A stretch of 64,000 nucleotides of DNA from an uncultured Alphaproteobacteria bacterium (lineage in GTDB: Bacteria; Pseudomonadota; Alphaproteobacteria; Rhizobiales; Rhodomicrobiaceae), in the NCBI GenBank assembly GCA_963731855.1, contig CAVSXH010000002.1, forward strand, positions 2,747 through 66,746. Reading direction: 5' to 3'. A program made the position numbers and the translations under genes. This document shows positions 45,101-54,425 of the stretch, one piece after another. The notes under the pieces were generated by a model that was given only the letters and a program-made list of their open reading frames with translations, was not told the DNA's origin and made no database searches. How positions within the stretch are numbered: position 1 is the first letter of the stretch; each line of letters starts with the position of its first letter.

Positions 45101-45899
45101 AGCTGGTCAGATAGGCGGACTCGCCCCGCCGGGTGGCCGCGAAAATATCGTTAAACGCACGGGTGATGTTCACCGCCCGGCCTCGCGCCTGCCGAATCAT
45201 GCCCTGGGGCACGCTCGCGGCATTCGGCGCGTCCACCGCTTGCGGCTCGGCTGTCTGCGTCTCCGGTCGAGAGCCGTCGGCGCCGGGTGCGGCATCCCGC
45301 CTGTCGCCGAGGCCGAGATCGCCTTTGGACTCGCGCGGATCGACAAAGGACAGCGCCAGCCCGCGCTCGTCGGTGTATTGCAGGAAAAGGCGTGGCCCGA
45401 TCAGGTCGATTCGCCCCGCTGCCATATGCCCGGTCAGAAGCGCCCGCAAGCTGATATTGGCCGAAGCAAAGGGCGATTCCGCGATCGGGCCGCCTCCGTC
45501 TTCGACCAGCCGGACGTCGGTCAGCCTGAATTCGACGCCGAAGCCTTTGTCGGCGCGGCGCAGCACCGCATCGCCAATGTCAAAATGAAGGCCCGACAGC
45601 GCGCGGTTGACTGCCTTCTCGATGGGCTGCACGAGAAAACTCATCGAAATCGGCGAGTGGGCGAGTTTGGCGTATAGCGCGGCAAATCCGAGCAGGCCCG
45701 CCAGCGCGACGAAGACCGCGACTCGCGCCAGCAGCCGTGCGGAACCGTAAGTGACCTGTGCGCCTTTTTTCAGCGTCGCGGCCGTGACATATGCCCGTCT
45801 AAAAGGCACCAGCGCAGTCGATGCGCCGGCGGGGAGGCGCGGTGATTGCACGTCAAGCGCTTCCCGTCCTTCAGAAGATTTGAATTTGGCGCCTGCCAT
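42186..45899 (-). CDS. YhdP/DUF3971 AsmA-like intermembrane protein
   Basis: 1237 aa, N-terminal TM, beta-rich; C-terminal GTYVPLYGLN...GVFGITF...VNPMS.LAPGFLR. Confidence 0.88.
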   Translation of the reverse strand: MAGAKFKSSEGREALDVQSPRLPAGASTALVPFRRAYVTAATLKKGAQVTYGSARLLARVAVFVALAGLLGFAALYAKLAHSPISMSFLVQPIEKAVNRALSGLHFDIGDAVLRRADKGFGVEFRLTDVRLVEDGGGPIAESPFASANISLRALLTGHMAAGRIDLIGPRLFLQYTDERGLALSFVDPRESKGDLGLGDRRDAAPGADGSRPETQTAEPQAVDAPNAASVPQGMIRQARGRAVNITRAFNDIFAATRRGESAYLTSFGIRDATVFFDRGDEVVRWAVPTVEVDLQHRGKNSAVVGNVAIQTPTDAFQVQFRASQNRRTGELDLSLGLDDVVPRDLGAEFPMFRLPKMWSMPVSVAADLELAGNGDILGATVRASLKQGSIYAPWDERFPAEIDHGNMHLTYSREEGVIRLTQSELRWGGSRLKLRGVIQRQKETGRWAFQVGADEIVLGAERFGIPVIPLDQMLAQGEYDPRRGSVELDRFFLRAADAQINLSGSFTQGEKSPAIKLTGQVSPMPIAFFKLIWPKFIAFGARDWIGTRMPQGRIAGGTVKIDIPADALASLPAGGHLAPEAVDFRLELEDLEVHYIKNLPPLHAEKSTAVVAGQRFFFTVPKGVIGLPSGARVDFTDGEFIVGDLRPRVPAAEIHFKSEAKAASVLELLDQPPLGYIRALDTKVPEIDASVVSTFSLSMPLLADLKFKDMKLNGRAQLANARANNLPGGVGVHGGDLDFDVSEKAIEARGELKMNGLPVQVAWQRIFDAAPEQQPPLRLRAVLDEPARKELGLDVNHVLRGGVDCELTVSLRKAAPPLVHFEANLTDTDVLMAGFGWRKPPGQRAVLTLDIEAAQQAGGLELKSFNLQGDDLAMRGSLSIDDKRQPVAFNFPVLTLNAQTQMEMSGELGRNNIWQVRAKGNSYDGRQFFRSLFSAGQVADDQPLPPKDAPGVDMKLEFGTVLGFFDTTLKAVAVEAKRRGGKLVSLDVHGQLNGKEPLAARIEIKKGQPRELLAEATDAGSAFRLVGFYPSARGGEVSLKVNLDGTGNAQKVGVLYARNFIIANDQVVGEVLSGPRAQKANVKVKAQPQYSDQLQFDRMRVPFSVGYGQFILHDAAISGPLLGATMRGSIDFKREQINLSGTYVPLYGLNGVLGGIPIIGDILSGRSGEGVFGITFAVKGPNSQPDVLVNPMSMLAPGFLRQLFEFDQSVPHIIPPEQRSPEPDNARASSSLPPATR

Positions 45900-46143
45900 C
45901 GGTTGCGTTTGCCGCCTTTTCTCATCGTCGTTCGGCTAGGCGCGATGCGCCCCGCGGCATCAATAGCGCGGGACATGACCGGCCCGCAACGTCTTGCCGC
46001 CCTTCCTGGCAGATATTTGTTCCGCGCGGAATATTCTTCGGGAAAACCGGAGCAAACCACTAGCATTGGTGATAAGGTTGCGCCGCCCTGAATCTAGGGC
46101 TATTCGAACGCAAGAAGGCGACAAAAGGAAGGCCGTTTCAGCA

Positions 46144-46605
46144 ATGTTGAATGAAGGCGATGTGGCTCCAGATTTCGAGCTGCCGCGCGACGGCGGAAAG
46201 ACGGTGACGCTCAGCCAATTCGAAGGCGGACCCGTCGTGCTCTATTTTTACCCGAAAGACGATACATCCGGCTGCACGCAGCAGGCGATCGGCTTCAGCG
46301 AGCGGATCGCGGCCTTTCAAAAGGCGGGCGTGGAGGTGGTCGGCATTTCGCCGGATGGCGTAAGGTCGCACGACAAATTCCGGGATAAACACGATCTGCA
46401 AGTGATTCTCCTTGCCGATGAGGAGAAATCCGCCATCCAAGCTTATGGGGTATGGGCCGAAAAGAAGATGTACGGGCGCACCTATATGGGCGTCGATCGG
46501 ACGACGTTTCTGATCGGCAAGGACGGCAGGATCAAACGCATTTGGCGCGGTGTGAAGGTTCCCGGCCACGTCGATGAAGTCCTGGCCGCCGTCAAAGCTC
46601 TATAG
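46144..46605 (+). CDS. bcp: Peroxiredoxin Bcp/PrxQ
   Basis: YFYPKDDTSGCT, KKMYG, RTTFLI. Confidence 0.92.
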   Translation: MLNEGDVAPDFELPRDGGKTVTLSQFEGGPVVLYFYPKDDTSGCTQQAIGFSERIAAFQKAGVEVVGISPDGVRSHDKFRDKHDLQVILLADEEKSAIQAYGVWAEKKMYGRTYMGVDRTTFLIGKDGRIKRIWRGVKVPGHVDEVLAAVKAL

Positions 46606-46962
46606 CCAGGGCCGGCTTTCGGGTTATGCGGACCACGTCGCCGCTCAAGCGGCCGGCGGACGAGCCGTTCCCGCAACACGTGCATGTTTTTCGCTTGTCG
46701 CACTTGCGGAGAGGTGCGACCCTGCGTGCCCGTATTGTAGCGCTTGGGCCGGTGACAGCTCTTTGGGCTTTTGCGCGACCGGCGTCGCGGTGCTTCTCTT
46801 TCATCGCCCAGTAGCTAAGGGGCGTTTGGGCAACAGTCGCGAATCACTTCCGCAGCCGGGCTTTATGGGACACTTACGGCGGCGAAAGGCCATTGAAAAC
46901 AGAATCCCGCCGACTTAGAACTGTAGGGCGCTGCCCCCCATCGGAATTTCGGAGAGGTGCAG

Positions 46963-47544
46963 ATGTTTACTAAAAAGCCAGAGAAGCCAGAAAAGCTAGA
47001 GAGCGAAATGAGTACTTTCGAGTTGCAGAAGCCGATCACCAAGACGACTAGCAAGGCTGTCGGGGGGCCGACGCAATCAGCCGGCTCTGGCCCGTTATCT
47101 TCGCCAATGCCGGGAGCGCCTTCGATGAGTGGCATGGCGCCCAAGACGGCAATGGCGACGCCCGCCTATCGCGCGGACCGCATGGCGCCGTCCATCATCG
47201 GCGAAGATCTGACGGTGACCGGCAACGTCCTCTCCAAGGGCGAAGTGCAGGTTGACGGGCAGATTCAGGGCGACGTCCACTGCTCCTCGCTGATCGTAGG
47301 CGAAAAAGCGCAGATCACCGGCGGCATCGTTGCCGAGGACGTGGTGGTGCGCGGTCAGGTCATGGGATCGATCCGCGGCGTGCGCGTGACCCTGCAATCC
47401 AGCTCACACGTGGAAGGCGACATCTTCCATCAATCGCTGGCCATTGAGCAGGGCGCCTTCTTCGAAGGCAAGTCGCGCCGCACCGAGGACCCGATCGCCT
47501 CCGCACCGAAGATCGACCTTCTGCAAGGGCAGGCAGCGGAGTAA
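46963..47544 (+). CDS. Bactofilin (polymer-forming cytoskeletal protein)
   Basis: SIIGEDL.V.GN...VDG.I.GDV...VEGDI...LAIEQGA.FEG; GGAGAGG RBS; MFTKK N-terminus. Confidence 0.93.
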   Translation: MFTKKPEKPEKLESEMSTFELQKPITKTTSKAVGGPTQSAGSGPLSSPMPGAPSMSGMAPKTAMATPAYRADRMAPSIIGEDLTVTGNVLSKGEVQVDGQIQGDVHCSSLIVGEKAQITGGIVAEDVVVRGQVMGSIRGVRVTLQSSSHVEGDIFHQSLAIEQGAFFEGKSRRTEDPIASAPKIDLLQGQAAE

Positions 47545-48000
47545 TTCCGCCGCAGCCGGGTCTTGCAGTCGTCGGCACTGCGCCACTGATTGTGCCTTGC
47601 GTTGCCCGGACTTCGGATCGGCGCGATGACTGGTCTGTGCCGAATGGTGCATGGCGCAAAGGGCTGGCCTGCTGCACGGATGCGCTGCCGCGTGAATGCC
47701 ACGCGAATTATTAACGCAGCCTGGGGCCAAAACGTGAGGCGCGTGGATTGGCAATTGTTCAGTGGCCGATTTGTCGGCTCGGTCGCTGTGTTGCCGGTGC
47801 CATCCCCAGAAATGCGTCACTGCCCAATGCAGTGGGCATCGTTGGTGACGCACCCCGCCTGCAGCGAACGCATATCCGTGTTTGCCATCAATTAGCGCTG
47901 TGATTGCGACTGGTGTTCACCTATCCTCCCGGGCTATTCTTGATCGTGATCGCGGCGGCCACGGCCGCAATTTGCGTGTAGCCCTCGTTGTCCATCGCTG

Positions 48001-49068
48001 ATGCAACCCGAATTCCATCAGGAAAAGCCTCTGCCCTCACCTTCCGGACCTTCGGTCGAAGCGCTCGCCGAAGGTGTTGTGCAGGGTGATCGCGCTATGC
48101 TTGGACAGGCGATCACGCTGATCGAGAGCAGCAAGACGGAGCATCGCTGGCTTGCGGACGAATTGCTGAAATTGCTGCATGACAAGGCCCGCACGGCGCA
48201 CCGAATAGGGGTGACGGGGCTGCCTGGCGTCGGTAAATCCACTTTTATCGACCAGTTCGGCACCAATCTGACGCATGACGGCCACCGGGTCGCAGTGCTG
48301 GCGATCGATCCATCCTCGAGCCGAACCGGCGGCTCGATCCTCGGCGACAAAACCCGGATGAGCCGGCTCGCGGTCGATCCAAACGCCTTCATACGGCCGT
48401 CTCCCGCCGGGAAGACCCTTGGCGGGGTTACCCGGACGACGCGGGAGACCATGCTGCTTTGCGAAGCGGCGGGCTTCGATGTAATCATCGTCGAGACAGT
48501 CGGCGTCGGGCAGGCGGAAAGCGCGGTTGCCGACATGGTGGACTTCTTCATGGTATTGCTGCTGCCAGGCGCGGGCGATGAGCTGCAGGGGCTGAAAAAG
48601 GGGCTGATCGAGTTGGCCGATCTGATCGCCATCAATAAGGCGGATGGCGAGCTAACCTCCCGCGCCTCTGCCACGGCCGCCGATTATCGCGCTGCGTTGC
48701 ATATTCTGAGTGCCTCCAATGCCATCTGGCAGCCCCAGGTGCTGACGATTTCGGGTCTGCAAAATCAGGGGCTTGAAGAGCTTTGGGCGTCGATCGAGCG
48801 CCATCGAGACGTGATGCACGGCTCGGGTGCGTTCGATGCAAAGCGGCGCGACCAGGCCGTCGCCTGGATGCGGGCGCTGATCGAGGATCGAGTGCGCGGC
48901 GTCATCCGCAATAATGCTGCAATCAAGGCGCGCCTCGATGCCCTGGAAGGCGAGGTCAGGGCAGGGGAGAAGCTGCCTGCGATTGCCGCCGATGAAATCC
49001 TAGTGCTTGCCGGCTTCGGTCAGGCGAATTTTCCTCCGTCGTGCCAGCCCAGCCCCCTCTCGCCTTGA
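48001..49068 (+). CDS. meaB: Methylmalonyl-CoA mutase-associated GTPase MeaB
   Basis: GLPGVGKST, DPSS..TGGSILGDKTRM, ETVGVGQ, NKAD. Confidence 0.95.
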   Translation: MQPEFHQEKPLPSPSGPSVEALAEGVVQGDRAMLGQAITLIESSKTEHRWLADELLKLLHDKARTAHRIGVTGLPGVGKSTFIDQFGTNLTHDGHRVAVLAIDPSSSRTGGSILGDKTRMSRLAVDPNAFIRPSPAGKTLGGVTRTTRETMLLCEAAGFDVIIVETVGVGQAESAVADMVDFFMVLLLPGAGDELQGLKKGLIELADLIAINKADGELTSRASATAADYRAALHILSASNAIWQPQVLTISGLQNQGLEELWASIERHRDVMHGSGAFDAKRRDQAVAWMRALIEDRVRGVIRNNAAIKARLDALEGEVRAGEKLPAIAADEILVLAGFGQANFPPSCQPSPLSP

Positions 49069-49523
49069 GGCGGACGCAGCACCGAAGGCGGGGCGGAACG
49101 CGACCGATCGTTGCGGGCCTGCTGTTAGCTCTCGCCGCCCCGCCACTCGGCCTCTCGGTCGTACTCGCTTGGTTCGCGATAGGGCAAGGGGAGTTCTCGC
49201 TCGGCCAAGTTCCCATGAGGTCAGCGCTGCCGGCTTCATATTTTGTCGGCGGGATTCAAGCTTTACTCGCCGGAGCGCTCGTAGGGTGGGCGATTCGTAT
49301 GCGAGGTTGGATTAGCCTTACGGCCTGGATGGCGCTGACCATCACGCTCGCGCTAGCGCCGGTCATACTTTTGATGCTGATCGGCGAAGAACCGGGAAAA
49401 GCCGGTCTGATCTACGTCTCCCACTTCAACGTCGCGTGCTATCTCATCGCCGCCGCACTCTTTGCATCCCTGGTTCTCCGCATTCTCATTATTGCGCTCG
49501 GGTTGATGCGCAGGCCGGCATGA
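49041..49523 (+). CDS. Hypothetical membrane protein (about 4 TM)
   Basis: Hydrophobic ORF filling the gap between meaB and serA; start uncertain. Confidence 0.6.
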   Translation: MPAQPPLALRRTQHRRRGGTRPIVAGLLLALAAPPLGLSVVLAWFAIGQGEFSLGQVPMRSALPASYFVGGIQALLAGALVGWAIRMRGWISLTAWMALTITLALAPVILLMLIGEEPGKAGLIYVSHFNVACYLIAAALFASLVLRILIIALGLMRRPA

Positions 49524-49533
49524 CCTTCCGCGG

Positions 49534-49659
49534 CTAGAGCCTTTCCGTTCCGATTGAATCGAAACGGGCTCTAGCTCTTTGTTTGGTCGCATTTTCGCGG
49601 CGGGAACCGGTATCCATCCCCGCCTTCGCGGGGACATGCTTCGCTGGAAAATGCTCTAA
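49534..49659 (-). repeat. CTAG-type intergenic palindromic repeat, copy 3 (inverted, with nested REP-like hairpin)
   Basis: Minus strand TAGAGCATTTTCC...CCCCGCGAAGGCGGGG...CAAACAAAGAGCTAGAGC...GCTCTAG. Confidence 0.75.
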
Positions 49660-51239
49660 AACCGCAGCCGGCTTGCGAGCATGACATTCGGCAGGCCGCT
49701 GACCTTCGCCAGCACATTGTCGCTGATTTCCTCATCCACGCCGACTAGCGCGAGCGCCTTGCCGCCCGCGCCGTCGCGGCCCAGCGTGAAGGTCGCGATG
49801 TTGACGCCCGCCTCGCCCAGCACGGTCCCGATCGCGCCGATATATCCGGGCTTGTCGGCGTTTTCCGTATATAGCATCTGCGGCGTCAGTTCGGCTTCGA
49901 GGTTCATGCGCTGGATCTGGATGATGCGCGGCCGGTGGTCCGAAAATACTGTGCCCGCGACCGAGCGCTCCTGACGCTCGGTTTTCAGCGACACGCGCAT
50001 ATAGGTTTCGTAGGCGCCTTCCTGGTCGCGGCGGACCTCTTCGACCATGATGCCGCGCTGACGGGCGATGTCGGGCGCGCTCACCATGTTGACCTCCTGC
50101 AGCAAGGGCCGCAGCACGCCGCTGAGAGCCGCTGCCGTCAGCGCGCGCGTGTTCAGCTCGCCGATTTCGCCGGCATATTCGAAGCGGATCTGCTTCAGCC
50201 CGCTTTCGACGAGTTGCCCGGCGAAGGAGCCAAGCTGCTCCGCGAGCTTGACGAAGGGTGCGAGGCGCGGCGCTTCCTCCGCGGTGATCGACGGGAAATT
50301 CACGGCGTTGGAAATCGCGCCGCTCAGCAGATAGTCCGACATCTGCTCCGCGACCTGAACGGCCACATTTTCCTGCGCCTCGGTGGTTGCCGCGCCCAGA
50401 TGCGGTGTGCAAATGACGTTCGGCAGCCCGAAAAGCGGGTTCTCGGTCACCGGTTCCGTCTCGAACACATCGAGCGCCGCCCCCGCAACCCGGCCCGCGC
50501 GGATCGCATCCGCCAGCGCCGCTTCGACGATCAGCCCGCCCCGCGCGCAATTGATGATTCGCACGCCCTGCTTCATCTTCCGGATCGAGGCGGCGCTGAT
50601 GATGTTCCTGGTCTTTTCGGTCAGCGGCGTATGCAGCGTGATGAAATCGGCCCTGCGGAACAGCGTCTCCAGCTCCACTTTTTCGACGCCAAGCTCGCTG
50701 GCGCGCTCCGGTGTCAGGAATGGATCGAAGGCGACGACCTTCATCGCCAGGCCACGCGCCCGGTTGGCGACGATCGAGCCGATATTGCCGCAGCCGATGA
50801 TGCCGAGCGTCTTTGCCGTCACCTCGACGCCCATGAATTTCGACTTCTCCCATTTGCCGGCTTGGGTCGAACGGTCGGCTTCAGGGATCTGCCGGGCGAG
50901 CGCCATCATCAAGGTGATCGCATGCTCCGCGGTGGTGATGGAATTGCCGAAGGGCGTGTTCATGACGATGATGCCCTTGGCGGTGGCGACCGGCACATCG
51001 ATATTATCGACGCCGATCCCGGCGCGCCCGATCACGCGCAGACGGCCATTGGCCTTCGCCAGTACCCTCTCGCTCACCTTCGTTGCCGAGCGGACGGCGA
51101 GCCCGTCATAATCGCCGATGATCGCAGCGAGTTCGTCCTTGTCGAGGCCGACTTTCGTGTCTGTTTCGATGCCCCGGTCGTCGAATACCTTCTGGGCAAG
51201 CGAGGAAAGCTTATCGGCAATAAGGACACGAGGGGCCAT
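49656..51239 (-). CDS. serA: D-3-phosphoglycerate dehydrogenase
   Basis: GRAGIGVDN, GCGNIG, NCARGG, TPHLGA, C-terminal ACT domain; follows serC. Confidence 0.96.
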   Translation of the reverse strand: MAPRVLIADKLSSLAQKVFDDRGIETDTKVGLDKDELAAIIGDYDGLAVRSATKVSERVLAKANGRLRVIGRAGIGVDNIDVPVATAKGIIVMNTPFGNSITTAEHAITLMMALARQIPEADRSTQAGKWEKSKFMGVEVTAKTLGIIGCGNIGSIVANRARGLAMKVVAFDPFLTPERASELGVEKVELETLFRRADFITLHTPLTEKTRNIISAASIRKMKQGVRIINCARGGLIVEAALADAIRAGRVAGAALDVFETEPVTENPLFGLPNVICTPHLGAATTEAQENVAVQVAEQMSDYLLSGAISNAVNFPSITAEEAPRLAPFVKLAEQLGSFAGQLVESGLKQIRFEYAGEIGELNTRALTAAALSGVLRPLLQEVNMVSAPDIARQRGIMVEEVRRDQEGAYETYMRVSLKTERQERSVAGTVFSDHRPRIIQIQRMNLEAELTPQMLYTENADKPGYIGAIGTVLGEAGVNIATFTLGRDGAGGKALALVGVDEEISDNVLAKVSGLPNVMLASRLRF

Positions 51240-51335
51240 TTCACTCTCCGAGTGGAATTGAGATCGTCGTTGTTGCAGGTGAAGCGCGGGCAGGCAAAGC
51301 GGCGCACCCGCGCGGCTGCCTTGCCCTTCGCGCGG

Positions 51336-52514
51336 TCAGGCCGCTTTCAGGGACTCCGCCTTCACATTGGCAAAGGCCCAGTCGAGCCACGGCATCAGCG
51401 CGGTCAGATCGGATGTCTCCACCGTGGCGCCCGCCCAAATGCGCAGGCCGGGAGGCGCGTCGCGATAGGAGCCGATATCCATCGCCACGCCGAGCTTCTC
51501 CAGCGTCGAGGCAATCTGCTTGGCGACGGCGGCCTGCGTCTCGGCCGGAGCCGATGCAATCTGCGGATCGACGATGGCTAGGCAGACCGACGTGTTGGAG
51601 CGGATTGCGGGCTTGTCGGCGAGGAACGCGACCCAGGGGGTACGCTTCACCCAGTCGGCGATCACATCGGCATTGGCGTCGGCCCTGGCGAACAGTGCCG
51701 GCAGCCCGCCAATGCTCTCGGCCCAGGCGAGCGCATCGAGATAATCCTCAACGCACAGCATCGACGGCGTGTTAATCGTGGCACCCTCGAAGATTTCCTG
51801 GTCGACTTTGCCCTTCTTCACCAGCCGGAACAGCTTCGGCATCGGCCATGGCGGCGAATAGCTTTCCAGCCGTGCGACGGCGCGCGGGCTGAGAATGATC
51901 ATGCCGTGCTGCGCCTCGCCGCCGAGAACCTTCTGCCAGGAGAACGTGGTGACGTCGAGCTTATCCCAGGCCAGATCCTGCGCGAAGGCCGCGGATGTCG
52001 CGTCGCAGAGCGTCAGCCCCTCGCGGTTTTCGGGGATCCAATCGCCGTTCGGCACGCGCACGCCGGAGGTGGTGCCATTCCAGGTGAACACCACGTCGCG
52101 GGCGAAATCGACCTGGGTGAGGTCGGGCAGCTCGCCGTAAGGCGCGGTGATCTTGCGCGCATTCTCCAGCCTCAGCTCCTTGAGCACGTCCGACACCCAT
52201 CCCTCGCCAAAGCTCTCCCAGGCGAGCAGATCGACGCCGCGTGCGCCCAGCATCGACCACATCGCCATTTCGAAGGCGCCGGTGTCGGAAGCGGGCGTGA
52301 TGCCGATGAGATAGTCCTGCGGCACGCCGAGAATGGCGCGCGTCTTATCGATGGCGAGCTTCAGCTTCGCCTTGCCCTCTTTGGCCCGGTGCGAACGGCC
52401 GAGAACGGCGGTCTTAAGATTTTCGAGGGCATAGCCGGGGCGCTTGGCGCAAGGGCCGGAGGAAAAATGCGGCATGCGCGGGCGCGCGACCGGCTGGGGT
52501 ATGGTCATGGTCAT
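51336..52514 (-). CDS. serC: Phosphoserine aminotransferase
   Basis: [29 protein letters not shown]. Confidence 0.95.
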   Translation of the reverse strand: MTMTIPQPVARPRMPHFSSGPCAKRPGYALENLKTAVLGRSHRAKEGKAKLKLAIDKTRAILGVPQDYLIGITPASDTGAFEMAMWSMLGARGVDLLAWESFGEGWVSDVLKELRLENARKITAPYGELPDLTQVDFARDVVFTWNGTTSGVRVPNGDWIPENREGLTLCDATSAAFAQDLAWDKLDVTTFSWQKVLGGEAQHGMIILSPRAVARLESYSPPWPMPKLFRLVKKGKVDQEIFEGATINTPSMLCVEDYLDALAWAESIGGLPALFARADANADVIADWVKRTPWVAFLADKPAIRSNTSVCLAIVDPQIASAPAETQAAVAKQIASTLEKLGVAMDIGSYRDAPPGLRIWAGATVETSDLTALMPWLDWAFANVKAESLKAA

Positions 52515-52562
52515 CTACCCTTCCAGATAGTTGCTCCGCGGTGGGGCGGAGTGTCCCGCCGA
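52515..52562 (-). promoter_or_regulatory. serC leader RNA motif (alphaproteobacterial)
   Basis: Hairpin CTCCGC-CCCACC-GCGGAG followed by TATCTGGAAGGGTAG directly upstream of the serC ATG. Confidence 0.7.
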
Positions 52563-52677
52563 AGCGGATACGCCCGGCGGCGAACGAAGTCAAGACCGCG
52601 TGCGCCGTAGCGCGCTTGCATCGGATCGGCCTTGAGGCGATCGTTCGATGCACGATGATGAACGCGAGGCAAGAGCT

Positions 52678-53100
52678 ATGGACGGCGCCGAGATCATTCG
52701 CCTGCTCAATCTTGAGCCGCATCCGGAGGGCGGGCACTTCCGCGAGACGTTCCGCGATCCGCATCAAGTGGATGGCCGCGCGGCATCGACCGCGATCTAT
52801 TTCCTGCTGCGGCGCGGCGAGCGCTCGCATTGGCACCGCGTCGACGTCGCCGAGGTTTGGCACTTTTATGGAGGTTCGCCGCTGGAGCTAAATATCGCGA
52901 CCGCCAATGCACCTTCCCGATTTCTGCTCGGAAGCAATCTGGTCGCAGGTGAACGGCCGCAGGCCGTCGTTCCTGCCGGCACGTGGCAAAGCGCGGCTAC
53001 GCTTGGCGATTGGACGCTCGTCGGCTGCACCGTCGCGCCGGGATTCCTGTTTTCCGGCTTTGAGCTGGCGCCGGATGGCTGGTCGCCCCCTATGGACTAA
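52678..53100 (+). CDS. Cupin domain protein (DUF985)
   Basis: LEPHPEGG, STAIYFLL, SHWHRV, EVWH, VGCTVAPGF. Confidence 0.92.
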   Translation: MDGAEIIRLLNLEPHPEGGHFRETFRDPHQVDGRAASTAIYFLLRRGERSHWHRVDVAEVWHFYGGSPLELNIATANAPSRFLLGSNLVAGERPQAVVPAGTWQSAATLGDWTLVGCTVAPGFLFSGFELAPDGWSPPMD

Positions 53101-53217
53101 CCGGCGACAGGCTAATTTCACAAGCCCTTGTGTGCCGCCCTATTTTCCGCCCGCTTTACCTGCTTATGGCAGGCGCGCTAAAGCTAAGCGCAGTCAAGCG
53201 TAACACTGGGGGAAGTC

Positions 53218-53781
53218 ATGGCAGTACCGCGCGCACTCAGCATTTTCAAAGTTCGGGACGAAGGCAATCTGGAATTCTGGGTTTCCAACCTGGTCATCGT
53301 CATGTCGACCGTGCTCGGCGTCTATCTTGCGGCGCAGGCCGGCTATCGCACGGCGCTCGATTTCGAGCTGGCGCGCACCGAGCGGGAGAGTTTCTACATG
53401 CGCCGCGCCCTCCTCGATGAGCTCAGGGACAATCTCACCCAAGCCGACGAAATCTCCAAGAACATGGCCGAGAATGGCTGGCGCTTCAAAAATTCCGATC
53501 CGGACGTGTTCAAATTGCAGGGCTATGTCTGGGAGACGATGAAGGAGCAAAGCACCACCTTCCAGATTCCCTCCGAAGTGCTGACCGGCGTGCGCCGCTA
53601 TTACGATAAGTCCGGCGGCTACGCGAAGGCGCTGGGTGTAGGACAGGGAACGGCCATCGCAGCCGCGAACTCCTGGCTAAAGGACACCCAGGAGGTGCGT
53701 GAAAAAGTTGTCCCGGCCATGGAGCGGGATATCGCGCAGCTCCGCGAAAAGCTGGTCAATCGCGGCGTGCAGATCAACTGA
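53218..53781 (+). CDS. Hypothetical membrane-anchored helical protein
   Basis: Intact 187 aa ORF, GGGGAA RBS, one N-terminal TM. Confidence 0.75.
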   Translation: MAVPRALSIFKVRDEGNLEFWVSNLVIVMSTVLGVYLAAQAGYRTALDFELARTERESFYMRRALLDELRDNLTQADEISKNMAENGWRFKNSDPDVFKLQGYVWETMKEQSTTFQIPSEVLTGVRRYYDKSGGYAKALGVGQGTAIAAANSWLKDTQEVREKVVPAMERDIAQLREKLVNRGVQIN

Positions 53782-53912
53782 GATTCTTTTTTGCATCAGA
53801 GATGGAACAATCCACAGGGGTACGGAATCGTCAACTTGACTGTTGCGATTCCATGACGAAGCGCTGCGAATCGGATAAACAGAGAATCATAAGAAGGTAA
53901 AAAACCTCTTAA
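53782..53912 (+). promoter_or_regulatory. AT-rich promoter with five GANTC sites and a CtrA-like box
   Basis: GANTC at 53782, 53825, 53847, 53868, 53884; GTAA-N7-TTAAC at 53897-53912. Confidence 0.55.
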
Positions 53913-53920
53913 CAGCGTTA

Positions 53921-54166
53921 GTGATAGTGGAGCGTCAAGTGGAGCACGAGTACCCATCCGATTGGAAACAATTTGGGGACCTGGCCAACGGCATCTTGCG
54001 GTCGGTCGCGGAGAAGCGAATGAAACAGGCTGAATTCAGGGCAGCGGAAACGGATGACTTCCATGCCAAGTTGCACTCCCCGCGTGCACAGAATCGCATT
54101 CAGCAGGATCTGCCGCTTTTCCCGCAATCCGCGCCGATGGCCGAGTTAAGGGCCGGCCGCGTCTAG
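53921..54166 (+). CDS. Small hypothetical protein (about 80 aa)
   Basis: ORF directly downstream of the promoter-like region; no recognised family, weak RBS. Confidence 0.45.
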   Translation: MIVERQVEHEYPSDWKQFGDLANGILRSVAEKRMKQAEFRAAETDDFHAKLHSPRAQNRIQQDLPLFPQSAPMAELRAGRV

Positions 54167-54184
54167 GCCGGGTGTCGCAAACCC

Positions 54185-54350
54185 GCGTTCAGGCGTTGAG
54201 TTCAGTCAGTTGCATCGTGTTTGTTGAGTCCAGTAGCGTTCAGTTCGGTGGCGTTTGTTGCGTCAGCGTTGTCTCGGTGTGCGTCCTGTTGCGTTGAAGT
54301 GGTGTGAGAGTTGTGTTGAGTTGAGCGACCAGCTTTTGTAATGCGTGTTG
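54185..54350 (+). repeat. GT-rich degenerate short repeat tract (GNGTT units)
   Basis: About 12 GNGTT copies; GCGT recurs every 15 nt at 54236, 54251, 54266, 54281. Confidence 0.65.
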
Positions 54351-54425
54351 CCGAGGAAATTTAGCCGGCCGCTTGGACAGTTGCGTATCGCCTGCCGTAT
54401 CGGGTGTTTGCGATCGCGTAAAACT

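Noticed and set aside
37848-49068. meaB separated from the mutase genes as a novel arrangement
   Set aside because: All components are well known and loose linkage is unremarkable.
49935-51581. Long antisense ORFs (e.g. 548 aa here, 749 aa at 38958-41207, 517 aa at 25813-27366)
   Set aside because: Shadow frames of high-GC genes with no recognisable motifs.
54185-54350. CRISPR array or coding repeat
   Set aside because: No identical 23-47 nt repeats with spacers, no cas genes, and the overlapping ORFs look non-coding.
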